A DNA stretch of 64,000 bases, from assembly GCA_002633005.1 (NCBI GenBank), contig NMRA01000044.1, forward strand, positions 524,594 to 588,593. Reading direction: 5' to 3'. Made by a program: the position numbers and the translations under genes. Source of the stretch: Phoronis australis (Eukaryota; Animalia; Phoronida). Below, piece after piece: positions 49,501-60,443 of the stretch. The notes under the pieces were generated by a model. The model worked only from the letters and a program-made list of their open reading frames with translations, was not told where the DNA came from and did not search any database. Position 1 is the stretch's first letter. Every line of letters starts with the position of its first letter.

Positions 49501-52500
49501 TTCTGCTTTATCTTTCTATGCAGCTCTTTAAAAGTTTCAGTCAATCTGCGACCATTTTGAAATCAAGATAGCAATCAAAGCAGTTTCAGGCTAACCTTTT
49601 CTTGAAGAAATTGAAAAATGATGACATTTACCAAGTTTAATTTTGTATTGTGTTATGTTATTCTGGGTTTTGGATATTTTCAGTCTTCCAGCCAGCGATT
49701 TAATGTAGTTAGAAAAAGAACTGTTTCGAAAGATTGGAATTGCAATTCTATTTTTACTCACAGACACCAGGCTATACAGGTCAACAGAAATTATAGACAT
49801 CAAAAGGTACTGCTTGGGTTTTTAAGGTCCCAGCACATATTCATGTTGTGAGTAACATTTCACGGTTGGTGTTTTTAGATTAGAGGACTTCTGGCTGCTT
49901 TCAAGAAGTTTGTTGCTGGATTCAGTCCTGAGTTAGAGAAAAAGCTCTTCGACTTTGTGGACAAAGATGTTGTGAGTATTACATTGCAAATTGTCAGCTG
50001 TGTTTGTTTTTCTTAAAGCACACCTGCCTACTTTCACTGTTATGTGGGAGCTGGGCATATGAGTAAGTAGTCGCATTTTTCTTACAATGTCCTGAATTGA
50101 TCTCACCACAAATCAGTGTGATATTAGTATAAGCTACATTTGGCTAAGCTTGGTCAAGATTAATAGTACTCTGTCACCTTATTGATATTTTTGGCTAAAC
50201 TTAAATTTCCTTTCTTTCTTACTAACCATTGCTTGATTAACTTGAAAATAAAATTCTGCTGATGTATAAGGCAAAACAGGCTTGTCAAAAATTCTTGAAT
50301 ATTCTTAGTGGGCCAGTTATCTGTTAAGACATTGCATTCCAAGCTTGGAGAACCATGCCTCTTGGTAACCATTCCTTTGCAGTCTTAAATATAATTGCTC
50401 GTCAGTAACATAATTCAAGCTTACTGTCCTTAACAAATTCTATCAACAAGCAAAACTCAGTTTCTCACTGACTAATGATCAAATAAACATATCCAATGAC
50501 CTGTTCACTTGAGACAATGTATCGTTTGCGGTACTGTCAAGTACAGGTATAAAATCAGAGCATCGCAATCTGTCCTCCAAGCACTGAAGTCTGGAAAAAA
50601 ACCTGAATTAAATGAACTGTCGTCTGCCTTGACCTCTCTGTGCAGAAATCACAACGTGACACTGCAATGGATCCCATCGCATTATAATGTGCATGGAAAT
50701 GAAATGGCAATTTTATGGCCTGAAGTGGTGTATCATAAGTTTATTGACATAATACCACTGCATAACATTTTAAAATTCTGCTTAGAGAAAAAAACAGATG
50801 GTTGTAGCAGTTGGTGTGGTTTCGTCTGGGCATTAGGTTATTCTTGCTTACACTGTCCCACTACATCGTTTTGGAATTATTCATTTATTTACACCAACCT
50901 TTAACCTTTTTACTTTGGCATTAAGCTTGGTGTGAACAGACTGATAGATTTTAGAAATCATGTTTATTACATCACTACCTCAAAGCGATTTTAGGAAATC
51001 AATGCAACACAAAGTCCCTTGAAAAACGCGTAATTTTTATTTTTATATTTCAGGGAAAGTTGTTGGATTCTCTTCCATATCCATTTGCTGACGAGTTGCG
51101 GGGCATGGCCAAAGGTGCAAACATTAATGAGGGGGAGATAACTCTGTTTAATGTTTTCTATGAAATTTTCACTCTGTGCACGTCAGTCATCGCTCAAGAT
51201 CCCAACGGTAAACTGTATCATGCAAGAAACTTGGACTTCGGTCTCTTTCTGGGGTATGTTGATCTTTGTGTATTATACAACTCTTCTAGACTAAATATTA
51301 AAATTTAATCATTATTTTGCTTAAAGATTGTAAAGAATGTTTATAAACACTTTTTTCTCAGTTAAGTGGTAGCTAATAACACTTAAATGTGGCTTTGTCT
51401 GTTGATGAAAGTAGAATTTATTTCTCATCCAGGATCATAAAAGAATAATGATTTTCTCAGACATAATTTATAGCCACATACAAAATTGTCTTCTAGAATA
51501 GTTTTAAGTCTGTGGTGAGAAGCAAATAGCGAGTCAGTTGAGCAAATGTGTAAACTAAGAAGTGTTATGAACAAGAATTATTAGTCTTCACACACGCCAT
51601 ATGTTTGTCACATGACCTATATTAAAGTCTGAAAAGATCGCTGTCACGACTGGGGTTCGAACCCGAGACCTTCTGCTAACTATGCAGACGCTCTAGTCCA
51701 CTGAGCTATCATGGCCACCAGTCAATTACAGAACTCCAGACTTGATAGAAAGCATCTTGCCCATATTTGGGAGTGCATACGTGTATATTGGGGCAGAAGA
51801 CTTATAATTCTTGTGTATACGATTTCAATGCACTGATTTATAGCAACACAATTATAAGAATAGTTATCTTGCGATACTAATCAGATCTAAAATGGAGCAA
51901 ATTTACTACGTGTTACTTGGAAAACTGATTGGATTACGTGAAAATAACAAACCGCCTATTTATGTATTCTCTTTGTCCACAGGTTAACGTCAGTGTTAAA
52001 ATTGAGAAACTGAAAAGTAATGAAGCCGAGTGTTTAATGTTTAAAAACAAATGAGAGTTGGGGCTAATGCATATGGGGTTGTTTTCTGCCAGTCACTACT
52101 GTGCAAGACATCAATGGCATATAATTGGCAATTAAAAGTCTTTGTTTTAAACTGTGGATAGGAACATAAACTTGGACATTGAAAATTTGTGAGATTTGAG
52201 GGAGGATGTTCATCTAACATGTGCATTTGGTGTGATCTGATTTACGTGTCAGTCTCTTTTCGTTTAAGATGGAACACCACCACTCATACTTGGGACATAA
52301 CAGAGGCACTGAAACCCTTGGTAGTGAACCTAGAGTGGCAGCGAAATGGTACCACTGTCTTCAAGTCTGTCAACTTTGCCGGGTTTCTGGGAATATTGAC
52401 GGGCATAAAACCGGTAAGCATGCTTTCATTTCAATGTAAGCAGAGACCTCTTGTGGAGTAGGTCACTGTCTAAGTTATCTTTTGGGGTGAAATGTTTTGA

Positions 52501-55500
52501 CTGTGTCTTGTGCCTATGTTCATTACCAAAAATTGTTTCCATCAATGTTAAGACATTTCTCAAAACGATGTCATGGGACTAATGACCTGTGCGTATCCTT
52601 TTGTGGTGTACATCTGCTGTGAGGTGGCACAGAGAAAAGCTTTGGTTTTATAATGAAAACACATTTTTGAACGAAAGTGACTTTTTTCTGACTTCCTGAA
52701 CCTCAAATAATCAACCAAGATAGTCTGCCTGACAAAATACATCTAAAATTTCTATACTGTAACAGAAAGTGATTTTCATTCTCAAACAGTTCATTCTTGA
52801 CAACAGTGAGTTCAGAAGCTGCCAAATTTCCATTAATTTTAACAGTTTGCAAATCCCTCCAAGCTACGTTTTTCAAACACAGGTGTATATAAATCCGTTT
52901 TGGTTGTAAAAATAAATGGCTTTTGTGGCTAAAAAAGTTTGAACCTTATGATTAATCTGTGTGCATTTTTAACACTTTCACTAACTTAGAATCCTGTTTC
53001 ACTAAAGTGTCATGTTTTTATGACGTTTCTATGCTCAGTCTAAACAGAGTCTAACTTACGACTAATCATAAATTTTGGTATAAGTCTCCTTTTGGACTTG
53101 TGTAAAAATTTCATGAAGTTGTATTTTAGTGAAATAGGTGCCGCATCTGTTTGTTAAATTGCTTTGTGTAAATTCACCACTCATTGTCAACACAATACAA
53201 TAATACTACTGACTTGCGGTTGTGTTTTTATGGATAGAACGTTAAGTTGTATGTGCAGTGAATTATGGGAAATCTGGAGCTTGCCTGCATCTGGTCGTAG
53301 ACTTGCATACTAGACAAACTGATCAACCGAGTGCGGGGGATGAAAGATCAATGACTAGATATTGAACTCATGACTTCTCGCAATTCTTTATTTTGGTATG
53401 TGCACTCATCAGTTTTTTGTTTATCTGTAAACAGACCAATGTAGAAAAAGATAATGAACGTGTCTCTGAGATAGTGTGAAATAATTGATTTGTTTTGATT
53501 ACAGGGTGTATTCACTATGTCTATGAATGAGAGGTTTAATCTAAATGGAGGCTACATAGGTAAGTCTGTGTTTCCAAAATAGTAAGGATGAGTTGCCACC
53601 ATGCTCTACCTATTGAAATTTATAATTCATCCCAAGACAGTGACATCCACAAAGTGCTTACGTGAAAATTTCCCAGAGTTTTCTAGAAGTTGAATCGACT
53701 TTGCTTCAGATCTGTTCTTTTTTTAAAATACATTGTCTTCTGAATTCACTAGTTAAGCACTGAAAAAAACACATTTTAACATACCACAGTTATAGGGTTA
53801 CTGATGTTTCTAAAACAGTCTCCAGTGGATATTCTTTTCATACTTTTTCTGTCTGAAGTTCTGACCAGCTAACGAGCAGACATTCTGAAATACTGTTGTG
53901 AAAACAATTTTGAATTTCTGACATAGTGCCTTGCAAGGTAACCAAGTCTCTTTTAGGTCTCTTAATATTGGTTGTTTATTCTAAAGGAACACAGCGTACT
54001 TCACCTATCATGTCTACGACCACGAACTTTTGTCATCTCCATTATAACTTCCCATACGTTACATATTTGATACTGAAGGGGGAAGCTGTGCATCTGAGGT
54101 TCTAGCAATATCTATGCTGATGTCATTTGTTGATAATATCTTGCTCGTTTAGGTATCATAGAGTGGCTGATGGGTGACCACTCTGCGTCGTGGATGAGCT
54201 TTCTAACACGCCGTGTGATGGAGAATGCCACTAGTTACGAACAGGCTCAACAATTGCTGTCTGACACCAAACTCCTTGCAGCAGGGTATTATATACTACG
54301 CGGAACTAAACCTTATGAGGTGAGACATTGTTATTTTCTCATTTCATGTTAATGACCACCTTGTAATGTGTCTAAAACCGGTTTCACATCATAGGTAGTC
54401 CATTTCATCGGCTCCCCGTTGGTGAATGATGCTAAATTCTATTATTTTATGAACTTGGAAAAAGTGATGATGTGTTAGTACTTTCAGGGCTGTGATTTAC
54501 TCAGTGTTCCTATTTCATGTATCTGTTGTAATCGATGCAATTAATTTTGTGCTCTAAATTGACAGTGTTCTGCACAAGCCGTTTTGACATTGGACAGTTA
54601 CGAGTTAGTAATTTGCTGTGGTGAGTTTGGCTCACCTGCTTTGAGTTAAAGGAGCATGCCACCCAAAAAAACAACCTAATTTGTATCAATTTAGATCGAG
54701 TAGTTCTACTCCATAACGACACGTAAGGTTGCGTTACCTGACACCTGACGGCAGACGGAGATGTTGAAATTATCCAATGACATCATCGGTTTGAAACGCA
54801 GTGTGTTCAGCAGTTCAGAAGACGGGTTACTGTTGTCAGCTTATTGCTTGAAGTCATCGTTAAACACCAATAAATCATCAAACTTCGATGTAAAACCCTT
54901 AAAATACACCGAGATCTTATAAAAACGTGTTGTTTTATATCGCTCTTACGGATTTATTGGCATTTGGACACACCGTAGCCTACAAAGTTCGGCAGACCAA
55001 TAAGGTCCGTAGCAGGAGTTTGGCATGGGGTCTGTTCGGAGATAATTTCGAAGTATTTTCCGTGAGATACAGACAGGAGAACATAGGTCTGTGTTGTTTA
55101 GTCTTGTGATTTTTTGAGTTCTAAACACAAAACGCTTGTTATCCTGGCCAGTAGCTCGGAACCCGATCAGGCCCGTCGCAGCCGGCCGGATTGACTCCCG
55201 CCAGTGACTCGGAAACTGATCAGACATCACGAACATAAACCAGCCAAAGTTCAGTGGAAACTTCCAGTTAAGAAAATACTATATTAGTGAGCCAAAGTAA
55301 TGTGCACGTGATTATATTGGTGAATTAGTCACGAAACTGCAGATCTACTTACTCGCGTCCGGGGCCGCGAATTCAGGTTCCGGCTTTGGGCCACAGCACC
55401 GTCAGGGCAGAAGTTGTACATTGACAATCATTACGTGAGTAATGTAAATGTAAATAAAGATTCCCCTAACACCTGACCGTGGGATGGAAATCGAGTTGTT

Positions 55501-57911
55501 TCACAACAGTTTCTGCCAGCAAACACGAAATTAGCATGAGCTCACACGGCCTAGGTACCCCGTCAATTAGTATTATTGCACCCGAAGCCGGTAACACAGT
55601 GATTTATTTATTGCTGGCTTCTCAAATCATTTGCACTCACGAACACTCCAAAGGCATTACAAATTGCATCTAATGAGACAGACTTTGTTTCAGTTTTATA
55701 TAAGTATTGGTTAGGGTGAGAATAATTCATTTTGAAACAACGCTCAGTAATAAACGCCAACATGGCAACTCGCAATCTCGACTTAGGACGAGCTAGAGCT
55801 CATCAGTCCCGACTTCGCAGGAGGATCGTTAAGTTTTACAGGCTATCAATTCGAACAGGAATACAGTGATGAAGAAATACTAGAGAGGGGCCGTGAACAA
55901 GCTTAGACAACGGAACGTATGGAGTTAGTTGGTAAGCCGGCATTCGTCAGGCACTGCCCGACGACTGCAGGCCACAGACACAGAGATGTTTCACGGCCTC
56001 ATACTTGCTATTTACAGCGTACATTACATTCTTCACTACAATGAGCCACTTCATAAGCATTTCGTACTCTCGAGGAAGTAAAAAAACGATATACCCGCTT
56101 TCGTCGCAGCTGCTTAGTTCGGACAAGCGGGAACGATGCACCGCAACATAGCGTCATTTACTCTGCATATGAACCACTGACGTCGCTAGGGTCGTTTCTC
56201 ACCTTCCTCACAGGTTAACGCGACACCTCTTGGCAAGGTAAGGTCGACCGCACGCGAGGCGATGTGGATATAGACCGATTAAGACGGCAAAAAAAAAAAC
56301 TAATTAAATCGAGTGGCATTCTCCTTTAAGATCAACAGCCTTGCATACAAAACTCCCACAGTATGGGTGTGGTGTTTTGAACCTGGGCAAGAGCTGTGTA
56401 ATTTAAGCCAAGCTGGAATTTTCTGTTGTGGAGAAAGTGGAAAGGAGTGTCTTTTAAAAGAACTCTTGGTTACATGTAGACTTCCGTCATAGTTACCTTG
56501 TATCTGTCAGCTGATATTTGAGGTTGGGATTGGCTGTCCTCAGGGTTATGTGATTACCAGGGATAGAGCGCCCCTTGTTGGTGATGTGTGAACAATGAAG
56601 GAGACACACCCCACTTGGTTCATTCTAGAGACGTACTACGATCACTGGAAGAGGCATCTGTTCCTCGATGACCAGCGTAGTCCTGCCGTGCGATGTATGG
56701 TGAAGAAATCTTAAAGGTAGGAGGGAATATGGACAAATAGCCTCTGAATCGAGTGGTGTTGCCGTTGTCTTAATGGAACAAAGTTCAAAGGATACTATTG
56801 TCTGTAGCGGTCTATTGACAGAAATTAACTACAACTTTTCCATCCAGCTCTCTAAAACAAAACAATCTCCTCTCTAAGCCTTATCAGCCATGAACTGTTT
56901 GGAGCAAACTCTAAATGTCCTTAAAACAGCAAATGTGACCTACTCATCAGGCAAGACGTAGTTAGACAGCATCTCGTCCACAGTGAATCATATAGTGCCT
57001 GTTCTGTGACACAATGAGTACTATATGTTTTTAGTTAAACCCTGTTTTTATCACTCAAATGAGACACCTACGATGCTTTAGCGTTGGACAAAATGAGGAT
57101 TGGTTTAAATCAATACAGCACGGCATGGTGTCCTTTTAAAGCTGATGAATATGTGAACGAAATCTGATTTTTTCGAAGCTGTCGAAATGATGCAGTAGGC
57201 ATGTTGCGATAACTATTTTAGTGAAACCTTTCACTTCCTTCGCCTATGTGCGACAAAAATGGTGCAATTCATCAACTTTGGTTAATTCCTCAGCGTCTGT
57301 TATTTCAGAATGTTGGAGCTGAAGCCATTTTCACCATGTTGTCTTCCAGGCCAGTATTAAATAAGGTAAGTCTAAATGTACCTTTTTAAACTCTGCTTTA
57401 ACTGGAATTTTTCTGTTGTTTTATAACTTTTTCACTCAGAAATAACGGTTATATAGCACGATCTGTCCATCTGCGGGACAAATTGTTTGCAAATGGCAAT
57501 TGTTCCAAAGAGTTTGGTGTACATCCAGCTGAAGACTTTTCTTACAGAAGACATTCCATTAATTTGAGCGCACTATTTATGGATATTTTTTAACTATAAA
57601 GCGCTCAAATATTCACAAACATGGTATCTAATGTTTATAATATGTTTAGAAGGAACTTGTTCGAAGATGATTTTTCCTTCACTTACCACAATGCTACATA
57701 TTCTGTTCGTTGGCTAATACTGGATTGTTTTTTACCTTATATGCAAAAGTGTGGAACAACTTTTCCTTTCATTCAGTATTTTTCTGCAGATACTTTTTCA
57801 CGTCCTTATTTTCATTTTGAGTTGACAGCCTACACAGGTATTATGCAGGTTGACTCTGGATGCCTTGAGACCTATTTACAAGTCTGTCCTGACCCCTGTT
57901 GGCCGTGGTAA
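43491..57911 (+). CDS. ASAH1: Acid ceramidase (Ntn-hydrolase), 11 exons; 3' exons disrupted, so possibly a pseudogene or null allele
   Basis: Exons 43491-43556 (signal peptide), 45412-45458, 46361-46445, 46903-46995, 48949-49148 (exons 3-5 repeated at 49337-49421, 49879-49971, 51054-51253), 52269-52413, 53505-53559, 54153-54319, 56544-56716, 57309-57365, 57822-57911. Motifs: [49 protein letters not shown]. Confidence 0.9.
45412..45458 (+). CDS. ASAH1: ASAH1 exon 2
   Basis: tttcag|CCT; [17 protein letters not shown]|gtttgt. Confidence 0.88.
46361..46445 (+). CDS. ASAH1: ASAH1 exon 3 (copy A)
   Basis: [28 protein letters not shown]|gtaaat. Confidence 0.9.
46903..46995 (+). CDS. ASAH1: ASAH1 exon 4 (copy A)
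   Basis: [31 protein letters not shown]|gtgagt. Confidence 0.85.
47590..48177 (+). mobile_element. 5'-truncated non-LTR retrotransposon (I-group-like: RNase H plus C-terminal Cys/His knuckle), decayed
   Basis: SVLQAL..LQ(W/*)[20 protein letters not shown] (RNase H), [23 protein letters not shown], (GAA)n tail, imperfect ~12-bp TSD aaatcaga(g/a)(c/a)at. Confidence 0.88.
48949..49148 (+). CDS. ASAH1: ASAH1 exon 5 (copy A; autocleavage site and catalytic Cys)
   Basis: [46 protein letters not shown]|gtatg, followed by an N. Confidence 0.9.
49337..49421 (+). CDS. ASAH1: ASAH1 exon 3 (copy B)
   Basis: Identical to 46361-46445. Confidence 0.88.
49879..49971 (+). CDS. ASAH1: ASAH1 exon 4 (copy B)
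   Basis: Identical to 46903-46995. Confidence 0.85.
50565..50709 (+). mobile_element. Remnant of the same LINE in copy B (RNase H part only)
   Basis: [29 protein letters not shown], then the deletion junction. Confidence 0.85.
51054..51253 (+). CDS. ASAH1: ASAH1 exon 5 (copy B)
   Basis: Differs from copy A by two synonymous changes (GAT/GAC, TTG/CTG). Confidence 0.92.
51642..51715 (-). repeat. tRNA-like sequence (SINE head or tRNA pseudogene); degenerate copy at ~25178-25233
   Basis: Minus strand: A-box TAGCTCAGTGG, B-box GGTTCGAACCC, D stem GCTC/GAGC, stem TCTGC-ATAGTTA-GCAGA. Acceptor and T stems are mismatched. Confidence 0.75.
52269..52413 (+). CDS. ASAH1: ASAH1 exon 6
   Basis: [48 protein letters not shown]|gtaagc. 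Confidence 0.92.
53505..53559 (+). CDS. ASAH1: ASAH1 exon 7
   Basis: [19 protein letters not shown]|gtaagt. Confidence 0.92.
54153..54319 (+). CDS. ASAH1: ASAH1 exon 8
   Basis: [55 protein letters not shown]|gtgaga. Confidence 0.9.
54650..56325. mobile_element. Kolobok-like non-autonomous DNA transposon, 1676 bp, in ASAH1 intron 8
   Basis: TTAA on both flanks. TIR AGGAGCATGCCAC vs reverse complement AGGAGAATGCCAC, with RR..YY termini. Confidence 0.8.
56544..56716 (+). pseudogene. ASAH1: ASAH1 exon 9, disrupted
   Basis: [58 protein letters not shown] at 56589-91 and TAA at 56712-14. The exon is 173 bp between two phase-0 neighbours. TNYD is changed to TYYD. Confidence 0.85.
57309..57365 (+). 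CDS. ASAH1: ASAH1 exon 10
   Basis: [19 protein letters not shown]|gtaagt. Confidence 0.85.
57822..57911 (+). CDS. ASAH1: ASAH1 terminal exon
   Basis: [29 protein letters not shown]. The acceptor is an atypical GAG (ttttgag). Confidence 0.85.
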   Translation: MTAYTGIMQVDSGCLETYLQVCPDPCWPW

Positions 57912-58068
57912 TCATTTCGTTGTCTGCTTATGTTAAAGCTGGTGTTCAGGTTGGTTGTATGAAATGTGGATTCTCACAAAATTTTGATTAATTAGTCGCC
58001 AGTACTTTGTTTTTTTTTCTTCTTACAGAGCATTAGTAATCTCTGGGGTTATGGTTTGTTCACATTGC

Positions 58069-58074
58069 AATAAA
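58069..58074 (+). terminator. Candidate ASAH1 polyadenylation signal
   Basis: First AATAAA, about 160 bp after the stop. Confidence 0.45.
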
Positions 58075-59742
58075 CATTACAATTAAAATCTGAAAATGAC
58101 AATTTTGTATATGTTTACGAATATTTGTTACTGAAAGTGCTATCAATTTTTTTCTCTACATACAGTACAAACTTTTCTAGTGCTGAAGTCAAATTTTCTA
58201 ATAGTTTGACCTTATTTTTAAGTCCATCTTGTTTACCAAATTATATGCTAAATGAGAAAATGAGTTTTCTGTCTCCATAGTGACCGTGGCTCTAGTTTTA
58301 TTTTTGGAGCTTTTCTTCATAAGCATGACTATAGTTTCCATGAGATTAATTCTTGCGTTTGTTAAAGTTATTTTGTTGTTCAGAAAATTTTGTCTTGTTA
58401 CTGTTGCGGTTTTCTAATGTCAATGGTGTAAATTGAGAAAAAGTTAGTAATGTCAGACTTTATCAAGTTGTTTTTGTTGAAGAAAATGTTGCAAAGATTG
58501 AGAATTCTCATCAAGTTCTTGCTTTCTTGAACAAAGCATAAATTATGAGCTCGGTGTATTTGTTAAAGGTATTTGATAGCTGCTAATTCACATTTGATTT
58601 ATTGTTCAGTTTAATTATGTCGTAATGTCTGTCCATGAAAGTGCCATCTATTGTTTAATTATCAAGTACTTTATATCAAAAATTTTGTGAATCGTTATCA
58701 AGAACTTGAATAATACCTATATTTTCTAGCACGATATGTTTGATCTTTGTCAATTAATTTAACATTTGATTTCTTAATAGGTGTAAATTGTGTTAAATGT
58801 TTATTCATCAAGTTGCCATCTATTGTATATTTAATAAATTAATAAATTATGTAGTCTGTATACGTGCAAATAGACAATCTATATGTCTGTGTATTAGTCT
58901 TGTCTAGAAAGTGAAGGAGCTGTATAAGGATGTGTAGCACGCTAGGCAAAATGTCTAATTTTGGTCAACTTTTGAACATGGTACTTGAGAAATGATAGAT
59001 GGAATTCACATGAAACTTTCGGATACTATGCTTTATGCACTGTTCTCGATCACACTGTTCAACTTTTGCATGACGACTATCTTATGAAAAATTATTCAAG
59101 ATGCATAAAACGAAAAATGAAATGTGTAACAGGGAATTTCAGATTTAAACTTAAAAAATTATATAATGCGAAGTTTGATTGATTGTATTATTGATCTTGT
59201 TATGTATGTACTTTTCTTTTTCGCTAAATTTTCCTAAAAACCAAGGTCACAAGATCTAATTAGTGGCAGATTGGTATACAATTGAGATAATAAAGGTACA
59301 GTCTTGTCGATAAGGTCCTACATAACCTTAAAAGGCTATAATATTAACTACAAGGTTGTGTACTGACAATGTTTATGTGATAACTTGCTGAAATATTTGC
59401 AGAAAATGCTTTTCGTCTTCTGTATTTTGTGTGGTATAAGGTATAAATATGGGGATTTTCTTGCACCACAGGAAAGCCTGATCTAGGCTGGCATATGTCT
59501 GCATGTGATGGTGTTGCAGCAATTGTCATTTTTTATTACAGAAGTATATCTTTATTCACTTATGAGATAACATTTTGTTCAGGCATTCCTATCTGCAGGC
59601 TCTCTGCACCAAATGATTGTTTTTTTGCATTGTTTGCTATTGCTAAGAAATAAAATGCCATTCATTACAACTTGCTGCTTATCAACTACATCCCAGTGTT
59701 CTCATTGGTGAATAGTGTTCTGCCTCTCCCACAGCTCCTCCC

Positions 59743-59861
59743 TTAAGAGGTCACCTCCGGTAAAATGACCTCTCCTGGCAACACCTCTTTCCTTCTTGTT
59801 GCTAAAACCTGGGTTTCCTGTTCTCTATCTTCAGTGAATTCTATGTCTGGAAGGAGCTCGC
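59743..59861 (-). CDS. Candidate terminal coding exon of an unidentified minus-strand gene
   Basis: tttatttcag| followed by a phase-1 open frame ELLPDIEFTEDREQETQVLATRRKEVLPGEVILPEVTS*. No homology recognised. Confidence 0.3.
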
Positions 59862-60443
59862 CTGAAATAAATAGTCTTATCTTAACTAAAAGCTGCCTTT
59901 CGCCTTGTTTAGCTGATTAAAAATGAAATTCTACTTCTGTTACTAAATAGAACTTCGAAACCATCACCTGTCAAGAAGATGCCTATCCCAAAGCTGACAA
60001 TTTGAAAATGGCGCACATAGGCATTGCATGTGACTTGAGTAGGTGGAATCCAATCACAGTAAAGAATAGTAAGAGTCGTGATGTGAGATGTCGGCTTGGA
60101 AAGAAGAGTCACTTCTTTGGTGTTGAGGCTATGTTCTGCGCATAAAATTACCCCCTCCCCCGTTGACGAGCCAATTTGTTTTAGCCTGCAGTTTTGATGT
60201 TATGCATCAAAACTGAACATGATGAATTTACAAAAAACGTGTGTCTTAGCATTTTTGAGAATAATCGCAAAAAATTTAATCGGGCGTCTCGAAGTAAATC
60301 TAAAACCATCATTGCCAATCAAATACCACTGACCTCAAGGTGGTAAAATACAAAACTGTGTGTGCAAATCCGTTGAATTATGTAAAATTTTAATTTCAAA
60401 CAATTCAAAACCAGTCGAAAGGAGTAAAAATCGAGGATTTGTC

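Larger units (their letters stand above)
46181..51258. repeat. Tandem duplication of the ASAH1 exon 3-5 region around N49154 (probable haplotype overlap)
   Basis: 46181-49153 vs 49157-51258. Copy B lacks 868 bp. Confidence 0.9.

Noticed and set aside
51642-51715. Functional tRNA-Thr(AGT) gene
   Set aside because: Mismatched acceptor and T stems, an atypical anticodon loop, and a second decayed copy indicate a repeat.
54481-54510. tttcag|GGC TGT as an alternative intact ASAH1 exon 9
   Set aside because: Similarity stops after two codons (GC then DLLSV).
56589-56591. In-frame TGA in ASAH1 exon 9 as selenocysteine or readthrough
   Set aside because: The same exon has a TAA, a phase error and loss of the catalytic Asn, so decay is the simpler explanation.
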